In this document: in pieces, positions 25,023-36,402 of the stretch | Layout: the number at the start of each line of letters is the position of its first letter | How positions within the stretch are numbered: the stretch's first letter is position 1 | Source: Octopus sinensis | Lineage: Eukaryota | Direction: 5' to 3' | Assembly: GCF_006345805.1 (NCBI RefSeq) | Contig: NC_042997.1 | Coordinates: forward strand, 134,602,001 to 134,666,000 | Length of the DNA stretch: 64,000 nt | Notes under the pieces: model-generated | The model's input: only the letters and a program-made list of their open reading frames with translations | What the model was told of the DNA's origin: nothing | The model's database searches: none | Made by a program: the position numbers and the translations under genes

Positions 25023-25550
25023 TATATGGTGGTTGCCTACTCCTTATACATAGTTTGGCCACCTCCTGTACCTACAACTTAGCTCCATCATGGCGTCTGA
25101 TGTAGCTTTATAAACCAGACTGTTCTGAAAAGACACCCACATAGATTGCATCTCTGATTTAGACCATCAAGACCTGCAGACAAGTTCTGCTCGTTGTGGA
25201 TTTTAACATGTCTTTTGAGGCCTCCGTTGGATTTGCAAACCTTCTGGCATACACTGCATTCAAAGGTGAGTACAGACATATAGGCAGAATAGTTAGTGGA
25301 GATTCTATGCGTTCGTAGATGAGATTTGAGGCCAGTAAAAGACAAGCATGGTCTGTCAAAGACTGTACACACAAAAAGGTCATTGTCATTCACTTTCCCG
25401 ATCGTTATATTCTTCCTTAGATCTCTTTTAAGTCTTACTTGCATCATCCTGGCCTCTTCAAATGCTTTCACTCCACTCCACACCTTTGTTTCACCATCCA
25501 ACTCGATCCCAAGCGAGGGCTTCTATATCTTCTGGAACTATTCAAAATGA
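25023..25550 (-). mobile_element. RTE-type LINE 3' end carrying C2H2 zinc fingers
   Basis: EALAWDRVGW..VWSGVKAFEEAR...KRDLRK, then CTVFDRPCLSFTGLKSHLRTH, CSVCQKVCKSNGGLKRHVKIH and a third, frameshifted CNLCG finger. Confidence 0.75.
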
Positions 25551-25685
25551 CTTCATAGTATAGTACAATATATATATATATAAATTAGAGAAAAAAAACT
25601 ATTATGCAATTCAAACTAATGATAGACATAAACCAAATCATAACTAAAAAATAAATTATATGTGTGTATGCATGTATATAGAAAA

Positions 25686-25757
<72 letters not shown>

Positions 25758-26071
25758 TGGCAGACTGGATCTAAAAATATTGGTTGCTGGGAGACATGAG
25801 GCCTACCCGCAACTACAATGCTATCATTTAATTTTATTTTTGTTAAAAGTATTCTTTTCAACTGTCTACAAACACAGCCAGGCTGAAATAATAAATGCAT
25901 TCTTCCAAGAGAGAATAAACAATTCTCAAACTTGAGGGGATGCGCCCCTTAGATACTAACATGGACTCCTATATATGGATTTTAATGACGCAGGGGCCTA
26001 CTTGCCATCGGGCAAGCTGGCAACCTGGCCAATCCGCCACACTATATATGTATATGAATATATATATATAT

Positions 26072-26197
26072 ATCACCGTGATCACCGTGACCGACCAGGT
26101 TATCAGATGTTGTTACACATCGCTGATCACAATGCGCTTCGCATTGTTTTAGCCTTCAAATGACGCCACCCCGCTGGCAAAGCGAGCAGGCCAATAT
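26072..26197 (-). mobile_element. SINE-like 3' module (family D)
   Basis: Reverse-complement match to 7695-7815. Confidence 0.65.
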
Positions 26198-26199
26198 AT

Positions 26200-27700
26200 A
26201 TATGCCCCAAGCCATGTAAGCAAGTTTAAAGACTGCCTTATAAAAATAGAAGAAGTTCTAGTCACATTAGAACAACACATAAGTGTACTTCTTATGGGAG
26301 ACTTCAATCTGCCCAATGTCAGATGGTTCGAGGGCCTTCCTCTCCCAGGAATGACACGATGCGAACGAGGACAGGCGAGGTCCCTCCTGAACCTCATCAA
26401 CACTCTGTACATGGAGCAAATAATACTCCAACCAACCAGGGCAGGTAACATACTGGATCTCTGCTTCTCAAATAATATACATCTCATCCATAATGTGAAA
26501 GTGACACCGACACTACTCTCGGATCACAACATGGTAGAGCTGACCATGTACGGGCCAAAGGAAAGCATGGACATGCATTCTACAAGAAACTCTCAGAATC
26601 TTTCCAGCTTGAACTTCCATAAGGCAAACTGGAAACAAATTGAGAAAGAGATCCTCAAACAAAACTGGCCTGAATGTCTCTCCTCGCCAGACATCGACAT
26701 GAAACTTCAACAATTCATGTCTGTAATGCAAGCCATATGCTACAAATGTGTCCAAGAGAGAAAGGTCACTGTACACAAGAACAAAATCCCCAGAGAGAGG
26801 AAAATTCTAATGAGACGGCGTACAAAAGTTTCAAATCGCCTAAACAAACAAATTGAAAGCAGTGAAAAGTCCCGCCTGAAAATAAAAGTGTTGGAAATTG
26901 AAAAATGTCTGCAACTCTCCCATGAAAAAGCAAGAGCAGACAAAGCAGCCTGGGCTATAGACAACATAAAATCTAACCTAAGAGCTTTCTACAGGTATGC
27001 CAAAGAAACAGCTACGGTGCACTGTAAGATAGGGCCACTCCTTGAAAAGGATGGCACACTCACAGGAAGTCCAATGAGGATAAGTGAAATATTAAATGAG
27101 CAATTCAAGAGTAATTTCACTCCACCCCTAGGGCATTTTCAAGTCAGCAATCCAACTGACTTCTTTACCACTGCAGATGTAAAATCAGAGGCAGCGATGA
27201 TTGATTACATCAATATAAAGGAAGACGATGTAATAAAGGCTATAGATGAAATGAAAACAAACTCAGCTACTGGCCCCGAAGGTTTCCCAGTAATCCTAGA
27301 AGGACTTGTCCCAGACTTTGGCATCGAGAGTTACACAAATGCTAGAACTGGACGCCACTGCATAGTGCCAAGGACTCCAAATTTGCCATCAAGATTTAGG
27401 ACAAGATACTGTGATAGCCTTGGCTTCAGAGGCCCACAGCTCTTCAATATCCTCCCGAAGAACCTGAGAGACCTGCATGTAGATGTCTTTAAAATAAAAC
27501 TGGATTTCTTCCTGTCAGGTGTCCCAGATGAACCAACTTCACGACAGGAGGTGCAAATGAGGGCAGCTGCATCGAACTCTCTCATGCACCAAATGGCAAT
27601 TGCTAAAAAGCATTCATGAAGTAAAATCATGTAGCAACACCAAATGGCGGTGCCCCAGCATGGCCACAGCTCGTGAGCTGAAACTAGATAAAATTAAAAA
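26200..27700 (+). mobile_element. CR1/L2/Jockey-group LINE derivative lacking the RT domain (open ORF 26294-27619)
   Basis: APE endonuclease motifs GDFN, PTRAGNILDLCFSN and SDHN, the linker NFHKANW and SATGPEGFPVIL are fused directly to the extreme C-terminus EGLVPDFG...RGPQLFNILP...KLDFFLSGVPDEP. The 3' tail ends in an A-rich tract. Confidence 0.9.
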
Positions 27701-28812
27701 AAAATATGCATACGCACGTGTGTATAATTTGAGCGTGTTTGTATTTCTTTATGTTTTCGTATGTTTTATATATAAGTGAATGAATGACATGTTTTGTTTG
27801 CGAGCTTTTAAGAACATCATTAATTATTCCTACAAGCTTGAATTGGCTTTGAAGAAAATCAGTGCATAAAACGGCCCAATAAAATCGTTGATGAAAATGC
27901 GCATTGTTGTCGCTATTATAAGCCTCTTTGACAACAGTTAATCTCCTCTTATTTGCAATGTCTTCCTGCACATGACACCAAATATAAGCTGATTCCCCGA
28001 GCTAACTAAATAAAATTTGTCACAAACTCCACAATGGTTATACAATCCATGCAGCATAAATGTTTTTTTTTTATCTCTTTGAAAGGCTGAAATGATGGAG
28101 AAACTTCAATTGTGAATTACATGGAGGGCAACGGGCAAGAAATAACTGCTGATTTGTACGGAATAAAAGAATGTCAACATTTATAGTAACGACACATTCA
28201 TAGATAGACAAATTAAAAGTGCACAATCTTCAAAATGAAAACAAGAAGAGGAATAACATCCCGGAAATGGTAGAAAAAATCACAAATGGTGATTCAGAGC
28301 ACTCTACTTCGGATTGCGCCAGCACAACAAAGGCAAGTACCCTCACCAAATTCGTGTCACCCTCCTACAGCTGTTTAGTGCAGGTCCATTTGACCAAGCT
28401 AATTACATCACTCTCACCACTCTTCATAATGGTTACTTCCTCTATATCTTCATCTTTCACTTCTACTCCCCATTCCTCCAGCAGTGGTACTAGAAAAAGT
28501 TGGGATTGGTTTGAGAGAATTATGTCACTTATCAAAGCTTTATAATGTATCAACACCATTATTGCACCTTCATTTTCATATGCACAAAACGGAGGAAGAT
28601 TAACCATTCATCGTTTCCAAAGGAATATTGTAACTCAACCTGCACACTAGACTCAATGGATATCCAAACCCATTCTTATACGCTCTAAACGTTTTGTCTT
28701 GCGCAATTATGATTCAGCTCGCTGCCTTAACATAAATATTAATATTAGTGATAAACATTATTTACATTATTTACATTTGAAGGAAATTTGTCCTCATCTT
28801 GTTTGTTGTTAA

Positions 28813-28854
28813 CACAACGTTTCGGCTGATATAGTCTCCAGCCTTCATCAGGTG
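28813..28854 (-). ncRNA. Penelope-type minimal hammerhead fold
   Basis: CAC-CUGAUGA-A-GGCUG(10 nt)CAGCC-GAA-ACGU-U-GUG: 3-bp stem I, 5-bp stem II, palindromic ACGU stem III and a GUU cleavage triplet. Confidence 0.6.
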
Positions 28855-28924
28855 ATTTGGGGAAATTTCGAAGCTGGGTTCTAATTCCTAAGGTATTTTT
28901 CGATGTTATAATTATTATTATTAT

Positions 28925-29450
28925 TGAGTGAGAGAGCAGTGCATGACATCAAAGTGATACTGGTAGAATATACGAAACCCAATATACCCATTATGAATAC
29001 CCGTCTGATAAGGGTACATAAGGCATATGCATCGCAACCATATGTACGCAACATGGTGATCTCATATCAAGATAAACAGTGCATCACCTTGCAGGTGGGG
29101 CCCAGTTAGAATTTCTTTCTGGTCAAGTAACCCATCCCGCTCAAAAAGTCCCTGAATAAGGGTTGTTTAAGGATGTTGAACGAAACACCCATGTTTCCAG
29201 AAGTATATTATTCAAACCCCAAAGAATCTCTCTCAATTCATGGCTATGATGCTCCCCCACTACTTCTGTTCGTGATTAGAGATGCACATATCGTCAGCCA
29301 CTAAGGGACATGCTCAACTGGTTAAGGTAAAACAACTGACAAGCAAATCTGTGGTATTGAGCAGAATATTTGCTGTAGCCCATCTTTTATACCAATCAGT
29401 TAAGATCAGACGCCACGAGAGCCACTGCCTGGTACTGCATCAGGGCATTT
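28925..29450 (+). mobile_element. Unclassified interspersed repeat (retroposon-like)
   Basis: Non-coding, GC-richer block bounded by (TTA)n and (CTT)n tracts. The family is not assigned. Confidence 0.3.
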
Positions 29451-29477
29451 TTTCTTCTTTTTCTTCTTCTTCTTCTT

Positions 29478-29496
29478 CTTCTTCTTATTATTATTA

Positions 29497-29576
<80 letters not shown>

Positions 29577-29621
29577 TAATTATTATTATATTATTATTAT
29601 TATATATTATTATTATTATTA

Positions 29622-29663
<42 letters not shown>

Positions 29664-29688
29664 ATTATTATTCTAATTATTATTATTA

Positions 29689-29721
<33 letters not shown>

Positions 29722-29768
29722 CATTATTATTATTATTATCATCATCATTATTATTATTATTATTATTA

Positions 29769-29810
<42 letters not shown>
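29478..29810. repeat. (TTA)n microsatellite
   Basis: Direct reading; it produces the spurious poly-Ile ORF 29282-30148. Confidence 0.95.
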
Positions 29811-29814
<4 letters not shown>

Positions 29815-30022
29815 TAGTTTTATTTTTATAGCGTGCTTTCATTTCACTACGAGCGCAGCTCTGTGTGCCTTGGGTATGTGGTGTGATTTGTTGTGGTGCT
29901 CTGATGGTTACTGTATTGAAAGTGTTTTGCGCAGGATGTTTGCAGTGCCCAGTAGTGCAATTTTCTGTATGTTATATGTGTTTGTAAGTCCTGGTGTTTT
30001 TGTTATGTATTTGTCTGAATAT
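29811..30022 (-). mobile_element. R4/Dong-type RLE retrotransposon, short 3' fragment flanked by (TAA)n
   Basis: Encodes KYITKTPGLTNTYNIQKIALLGTANILRKTLSIQ, with a 3' UTR ending AAAACTACTGAA(TAA)n. It is nearly identical to 48331-48637. Confidence 0.85.
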
Positions 30023-30029
30023 TTTATTA

Positions 30030-30090
<61 letters not shown>

Positions 30091-30095
<5 letters not shown>

Positions 30096-30156
30096 TCACT
30101 GCTTGGAACTCAACTCGGATTCTTGCGGTTAGTAGCCCGCGCTCTTAACCACTACG
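30091..30156 (-). mobile_element. Very short tRNA-derived retroposon or tRNA pseudogene with a CTGAA(TAA)n tail
   Basis: CGTAGTGGTTAAGAGCGCGGGCTACTAACCGCAAGAATCCGAGTTGAGTTCCAAGCAGTGACCTGAA(TAA)n. It has an A-box-like motif and an anticodon-arm-like stem, but a degenerate T-arm and no acceptor stem. Confidence 0.55.
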
Positions 30157-30870
30157 TTGTATTAGTGATGAAGTTTGATCATGTGTATGACTAATACAAG
30201 AATGAAACTATATCCTGCTTACCTGAGTTCCTCCCACACTGTAGTTGTCGTGATGTAGGTCAAGTGATTTCCTTATGTTTTCTGATAAGTGTTACATTGA
30301 CGTCCGATCATATAAATCTAAAGGTGTGAAGTTTCCTGTTGTTACCTTACCGTCTCTTTAGGTGCTAATGTCCTTCCATCTATTCTCTTAATATTATGCA
30401 TATCTTACTCCCAACATATCATATAGGTAAATTCAGTGCGGATAATCATGTGATCTGGCAGTTCAAGTGCACATAGCAGACGATTCCCGTCTGCCAAAAT
30501 ATATAAAGGTGTGTTCTTTTGTACATCATGCTTCCATATGAGAGGAGAGGGTCTCACAAGGTGAATACAGCAGTATTCAGAGTTCTGACAGCATTATATA
30601 CAAGTTAAGTTGGATGTAAATTTTAGTACTGATTCTGTCAATAATAATCATTACAAAAATGTGTCACTTTGTGAAAACTCGGGTCTAATTTTTAAAATAT
30701 ATTCCTGTTACCATTGTCTGTCCCATGTCGAAGTGAACCCTTGATATAGAGGAGAAAGTTAAATAAAGTGTACGTAGCTATAAATCCATCTTCTTTCTCT
30801 GTAACTCACTTTATGTAAGCGCACACAAACACACACGCACGCACGCACACACACACACACACACACCACA

Positions 30871-30925
<55 letters not shown>

Positions 30926-32399
30926 AGTTTTTTTTTAGAAAACAATTCTTGATATCGTTGCAATATTTGAAGAAAGTTCTCCTTACATTAAAAATTATTA
31001 CATATAGGACAATATCTTCACAAACAGATTGATAAGTGCCGCGTGGAAGTAAATTCTCAGGCTGAGTTAATCGCTTCCTGTTGTTCTCAGATTTTGAAAA
31101 ATATGTTATAAGGTAAACCGTATAGAGTTAGTTGCTTTTTGCTGACTATTTCCGGTTTAGCTTTGAATTTAGAATTCTAAAATATTCTTCTTTTGTTTTC
31201 GTTATGAAAAAAAAAAAAAATTCTGATTTTCAATTTGCACAATTGTCCAGATGTTCAAGTATGTGACATTTCTAAGTGGTGAATCTTTGGTTCATTGCTT
31301 GTTTCCTAAATCCAACTTATCAATTTTGATACTGTTTCTCTGATATAATTCTCATTGCACTGTGGGCATTTGGTGCATTAAATGACATTTTTTTGTTGCT
31401 TTTTTGAAATTAGTATTTCATTAATTTTCAATTCTTTCCCATCCTCCTCCTGCAACTTCGAAAATCTAAATTCGAAAACTCTAACGCCATAATGCAGAAA
31501 GAAATCAATCAGTGAGCGAACGAGCGAGACGATACAAGAAAACCTAGTAGAGTTATGGAAAATCGACATAAGGAAGCTAGGAAATAAACCAAATAAAAAA
31601 AGCTACAAATGGAAATCTCGTTACAACAATATGAATGTAGTTAGGGAACATATTTGTGAAGAGAAAACATGTCTTAAAAATACAGACCTTGGCAACAAAA
31701 GAAGAAGCCATAATCCCCTCCGTAATGATATACAAATCAGATCAAGAAATATTCAATGAGCGTATAACGATAATACTGTACATATTAACAAATGGAAACC
31801 CTTCATTCAAAGGCATGGAATACAAAGTGTACAAATAACTCACAAAAACTTAAAGAGAAAAAGGAAACCAGTTTTTGGAAGCAGATGTTTCGAATAAATA
31901 CGAAAGAAAACTCCAATGACATCAACCTTTTGGGAAATACGGAGCCAACTGATCCAATACCTCATGAAATATAGAAAACTTGACCTGAGTTCTTCCAAAA
32001 GAAGGATTACGAGATACAGTTATGTTATGTGGAAAAGAATTTATAATGGTTTTGAAATTGTATTTTAATGTTCTTTATAGCGAAATATTTTGGCAATATC
32101 TTAACTATGTTGTATATTGTATACATGCTAATTAATGAATTATTTCATGATATTTTACTTCATAATGACTTCAATGTTAAATGTAACAAATTATAAATAT
32201 ACTGCGCATATTAATTCAGTATCCAATGGCTTCTCATGAGCTAAATATGAAAATGATATTTTCTAAAAATCTATGTAGGAATTAAATCTTGTTATGTAAG
32301 TCTTTTTAAAGTCTTATAAAAACAATGACCGAGAAATCTTAATATATAATTTTCCTTTCTTGAACATGTTGGTTATATTTTCGGAGCAATTCAGATCAG

Positions 32400-33470
32400 A
32401 TCCAATGTAAAATAGCAATCAATTTGAAAGTCCGATACAAAGCCTGTCTGGTGTAACCCCTGCCAAGAAACTTTTCCTTTTGACTGGAATGGCTCTTGCT
32501 GAAAGTAACAGGCCAGCCCTTGGAGAGCAAAGAAATTATTTTCCTCATGTCGTACTGCGGGAGGAAATTAATAAGAGCCTGGTTATGTGGATTACCACCC
32601 AGGAACCGAGGCGGGTTGGATTGATGATACCATCCGGCGGGGACTGAGGGGTAGCGGGCCCAGGCTCTTAAATGTAAAGGTATCGCCGACGGTCGATTTG
32701 GAAGGGTCAAAAGCAATTTTGACCCTGTGGACCCTATCGGCCGCAACAGATCTGTTTTTTCTAAAATTTTTTTAAATGGCTGGCTGCAGATATCCGGTGA
32801 TACTTGAGGGACGTCCCCCCAAGTGTTACTCGTGCCTGCAGCCAGGCCACATTAAAAAGAACTACCCCCCAGGACCATGGTAAGGTCCTGGAACAGTCAC
32901 TGGAAGCCACCTCCCCTACCCGGTGAAACCAAAAAAGGATTAAAAAGGAAGAAAGCGGGCAACAATGGTTTCCCGCCGAAGGACCCTAAGGCTTCGTGAA
33001 GTGGGGGAGAGACTCCGAACAAAGCGGAAGAGCTTCACTCTCCCGAAGTCAGGAAGAAAATAAAGAAAAGAAAGAAGAACGGGTCATTGCAAGTGAACGA
33101 TGATGTACCGTCTGCATGTCCCGAAGTTGTGCTACCCATGGTAGAAGAAACGACACCCACCCTTAAAGATGAAGAATTACTTATCTTTTTCTACAAGAGC
33201 GGGGAGGTGGAAAAATAGTAGAAGAACATAAAGAGACAGTAGATATGACCATCACACGGGATCCCGAATGGCCTCCGTAGATAGCTGTGGAGGTCATAAG
33301 GTTCTCCGTGGGGGAAAAGCTTAAAAGATTTAAAGAGGAATGTCGCATATGGCCGAGTGGCCCTAACACAACATATACCTTGTACATGAATGAGGCATGG
33401 GAAATGGCGGGTACAGGAACTCAAGCGGCATTGAAGATAATGATGGATATATTGGTGGATGAGTAGGAGG
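32400..33470 (+). pseudogene. Degraded gag-like ORF1 of a non-LTR element (L1/Tx1-like) with a broken CCHC knuckle
   Basis: VILEGRPPKCYSCLQPGHIKKNYP at ~32798-32868 is CX2CX4HX4 with the last Cys changed to Tyr. The frame is interrupted by frameshifts. Confidence 0.5.
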
Positions 33471-34243
33471 TGAAAAAAAAAAGCCTCGTTAGAGGGTTTG
33501 AAACCTCATCTTAGTGCATTATTTGTAGTGGTTTATAACCTCAATTGTGAGTTTTAAAAAAAAACATTTTAAGTAAGAGGTTTTAGTGCCTCCTTTTGTA
33601 AGAGGTTTGAAACCACACATTGAGTTTTTAAAAAAAGAAAATATGTTTTCGAGAAAAATCCAATTGGTGGGTGTTGGGTTTCGTCTCTCATTTATTCATT
33701 TTTATTTCATTTTCATTCATTAATGTGTTTGTCCAGCCCGCGGCTACTCTGTATACTGCCCTTATGAAATAAAGTAACAACCAGCGCTGATTTACGAGAA
33801 TAAAACTTTCCCAATATCTATTGTTTCTTCTGATGTAAAGCATGAATAGTTGACCTACATTTGACATTTGATTATAACCCAAGATTCCACAGTTTTCCCG
33901 CCATCACGTAGTGAGGTAGTATGTCGTTGTAAAGATTGAATGACTGCATTCATGAATATGTGATTGTATACACTACAATGTCTGTCCTGAAATGTATAAG
34001 TGAATGTGTTGATAGACTGTACGTGTGTATACGAAATGAAATTGAAGAAGTCATATCCTATTGAACAGTCGATGTCACGTAGGAGAAAATTATATCTAGA
34101 GCGTTCAAAATATTACATAAAAAACGAACAAGGTTTGTCATAAAGAAAATGTCATTCAGACATTTACTTTCTATATAAAATGCTCCTGCTTAATGTCTTT
34201 GTAGTCATATATGCATCGATGAACTGGAACACAACCGCGCGCG

Positions 34244-34285
<42 letters not shown>

Positions 34286-34403
34286 ATCCTCTGCAAGTGT
34301 GCGGAGTGACTGTGTAGCAGGAAGTTTAACTTCTCAAGTTATTTTTATTGCCATATTTTATGACATCACAAGGCCACACAACTTCTGTAACGATTGTTCT
34401 AGA

Positions 34404-35005
34404 TATTTCTTTACTACCCACATGGGGCAAAACATAGAGGGGACAAACAAGAACAGACAGAGGGATTAAGTCGATTGCATCGATCCTAGTGCCTAATTAG
34501 TACTTTATTTATCGACCCCGAAAGGATGAAAGGCAAAGTCGACCTCGGCGAAAATTGAACTCAGAACGTAGCGGCAGACGAAATACTTATTTCTTTACTA
34601 CCCACAAGGGGCTAAACACAGAGGGGACAAACAAGGACAGACAAAGGGGTTAAGTCGATTACATCGACCCCAGTGCGTAACTGGTACTTAATTTATCGAC
34701 CCCGAAAGGATGAAAGGCAAAGTCGACCTCGGAGCAATTTGAACTCAGAACGTAGTGGCAGACGAAATACTTATTTCTTTACTACCCACAAGGGGCTAAA
34801 CACAGAGGGGGAAAACAAGGACAGACAAGCGGATTAAATCGATTAGATCGACCCCAATGCGTAACTGGTACTTATTTAATCGAACCCGAAAGGATGAAAG
34901 GCAAAGTCGACCTCGGCGGTATTTGAACTCAGAACGTAGTGGCAGACGAAATACGGCTATGCATTTCGCCCGGCGTGCTTGACGTTTCTGCCAGCTCGCC
35001 GCCTT
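34404..35005 (-). mobile_element. tRNA-derived SINE, family E, with its 184-bp 3' portion triplicated
   Basis: Head AAGGCGGCGAGCTGGCAGAAACG at 35005. Units start at 34404, 34588 and 34772. A single copy lies at 56305-56473. Confidence 0.85.
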
Positions 35006-35379
35006 GTAACGATTGTACGATAATAATAAGTTCTGTAAGACTACAATCGATTCGATCAAACATGATGTACGCGTGTAAATTTTCAGTGTTGTATCGATGA
35101 ACGTGAATTGTAATTCTTTGGTAAATAAATAATTCGTAAGAAGTGTATGAACTTCTGTATCAAAGGTAATTGATGGGTTACCAATCACAGTTTGTTGACA
35201 GTATATATGGAACATATTTTACACAAAATATATGGTCAATTATATAGAAATTGAATTCTTTTTATGTGCGCAGATCTATTTTTCATTTTAATATTTACAT
35301 AATATATTTAACTGGTGCGCACTTTTGACTAAATTTTAACTGTTCTGTATATGTTTATATATATATATATATATATATA

Positions 35380-36191
35380 TAGTTAATCCAAACAAGAAAA
35401 CACAAAAAAACACAACAACGCGAGGACGTGGAACAAATATAGTATTATTGGAAGCTCAGGAAAGAAGGGAAGAAGGAGGGTTTAACGTTTTGAGCGGAGC
35501 TCTTCGTCGAAAACATAGGAGAAGATCCAGAGAAGGGAAGACAGAGGAAAAAAAATCGACAACGATACACACGAGGTCACGTTTTGAAAGACCGGAAGGA
35601 GAAAGGCTGAAGAAAGATGTTTTCAAAGACAGAAGTGTTTTGAAAGACAGAAGAGTAGAATGGTCAAAGACAAGCGAATGTAGGAGGGGGAATGTGTGTG
35701 TAAATGTGGATGTGTGCGTGCGCGGAGGTCTACGTGTGCGTGTGTGTGTGTGTGTGCGTGTGTGTGTATGTGCGTGTGTGTGTATGTGTGTGTTCGTGTG
35801 TGTATGCGTAAAGAGTGGTTGTGTGGCGACTAACTGTGCTTTACTTAGTGTATGTGTGCGTGTGTGCTTGTACGTGCGTATGTGTGTATATATATATGTA
35901 TGTATAATTGTGTGCTTGTATGTATAATTGTGTGCCGTATATATATATATATATTGATAAAAATGGTAAGACAACAATATTATGTAAATATTATGTAAAT
36001 AGAGGAATTTATCTATAAATGTAATATGTGACAATTATTCGGTAGCCATGGCGGCGTGGATTTCCACCTCGGCATCCGAAACTCGGAGTTTTATCATGGC
36101 TATCGAATAATTGTCACATATTATATTTACAGATATATATATATTTGTTTTGTACACCACCTGTCTTCGTTTTTTTTTTTTGGTAAACTCT

Positions 36192-36236
<45 letters not shown>

Positions 36237-36368
36237 CATACACACATACATACACACATACGCTTATACACATACATACACACACACATACATACATACA
36301 CATATACGCACATACACATATACATACACACATGCACACACACACACACATACATACGCACATGCATG

Positions 36369-36402
<34 letters not shown>

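Noticed and set aside
25088-25501. Host C2H2 zinc-finger gene
   Set aside because: The fingers follow an RTE C-terminal motif, are mutated or frameshifted, and end in a retroposon-type tail.
28365-28607. 80-aa ORF with EDIEEVT, possibly LINE ORF1-like
   Set aside because: The resemblance is too weak to support a call.
29282-30148. 288-aa hydrophobic, membrane-like ORF
   Set aside because: It is poly-Ile/Tyr/Leu from (TTA)n plus the antisense strand of a retrotransposon.
30091-30156. Functional tRNA gene
   Set aside because: It lacks an acceptor stem, has a degenerate T-loop, and runs directly into a TAA tail.
34404-34955. CRISPR-like array (also 8291-8344)
   Set aside because: These are contiguous tandem repeats without unique spacers, in eukaryotic DNA with no cas genes.
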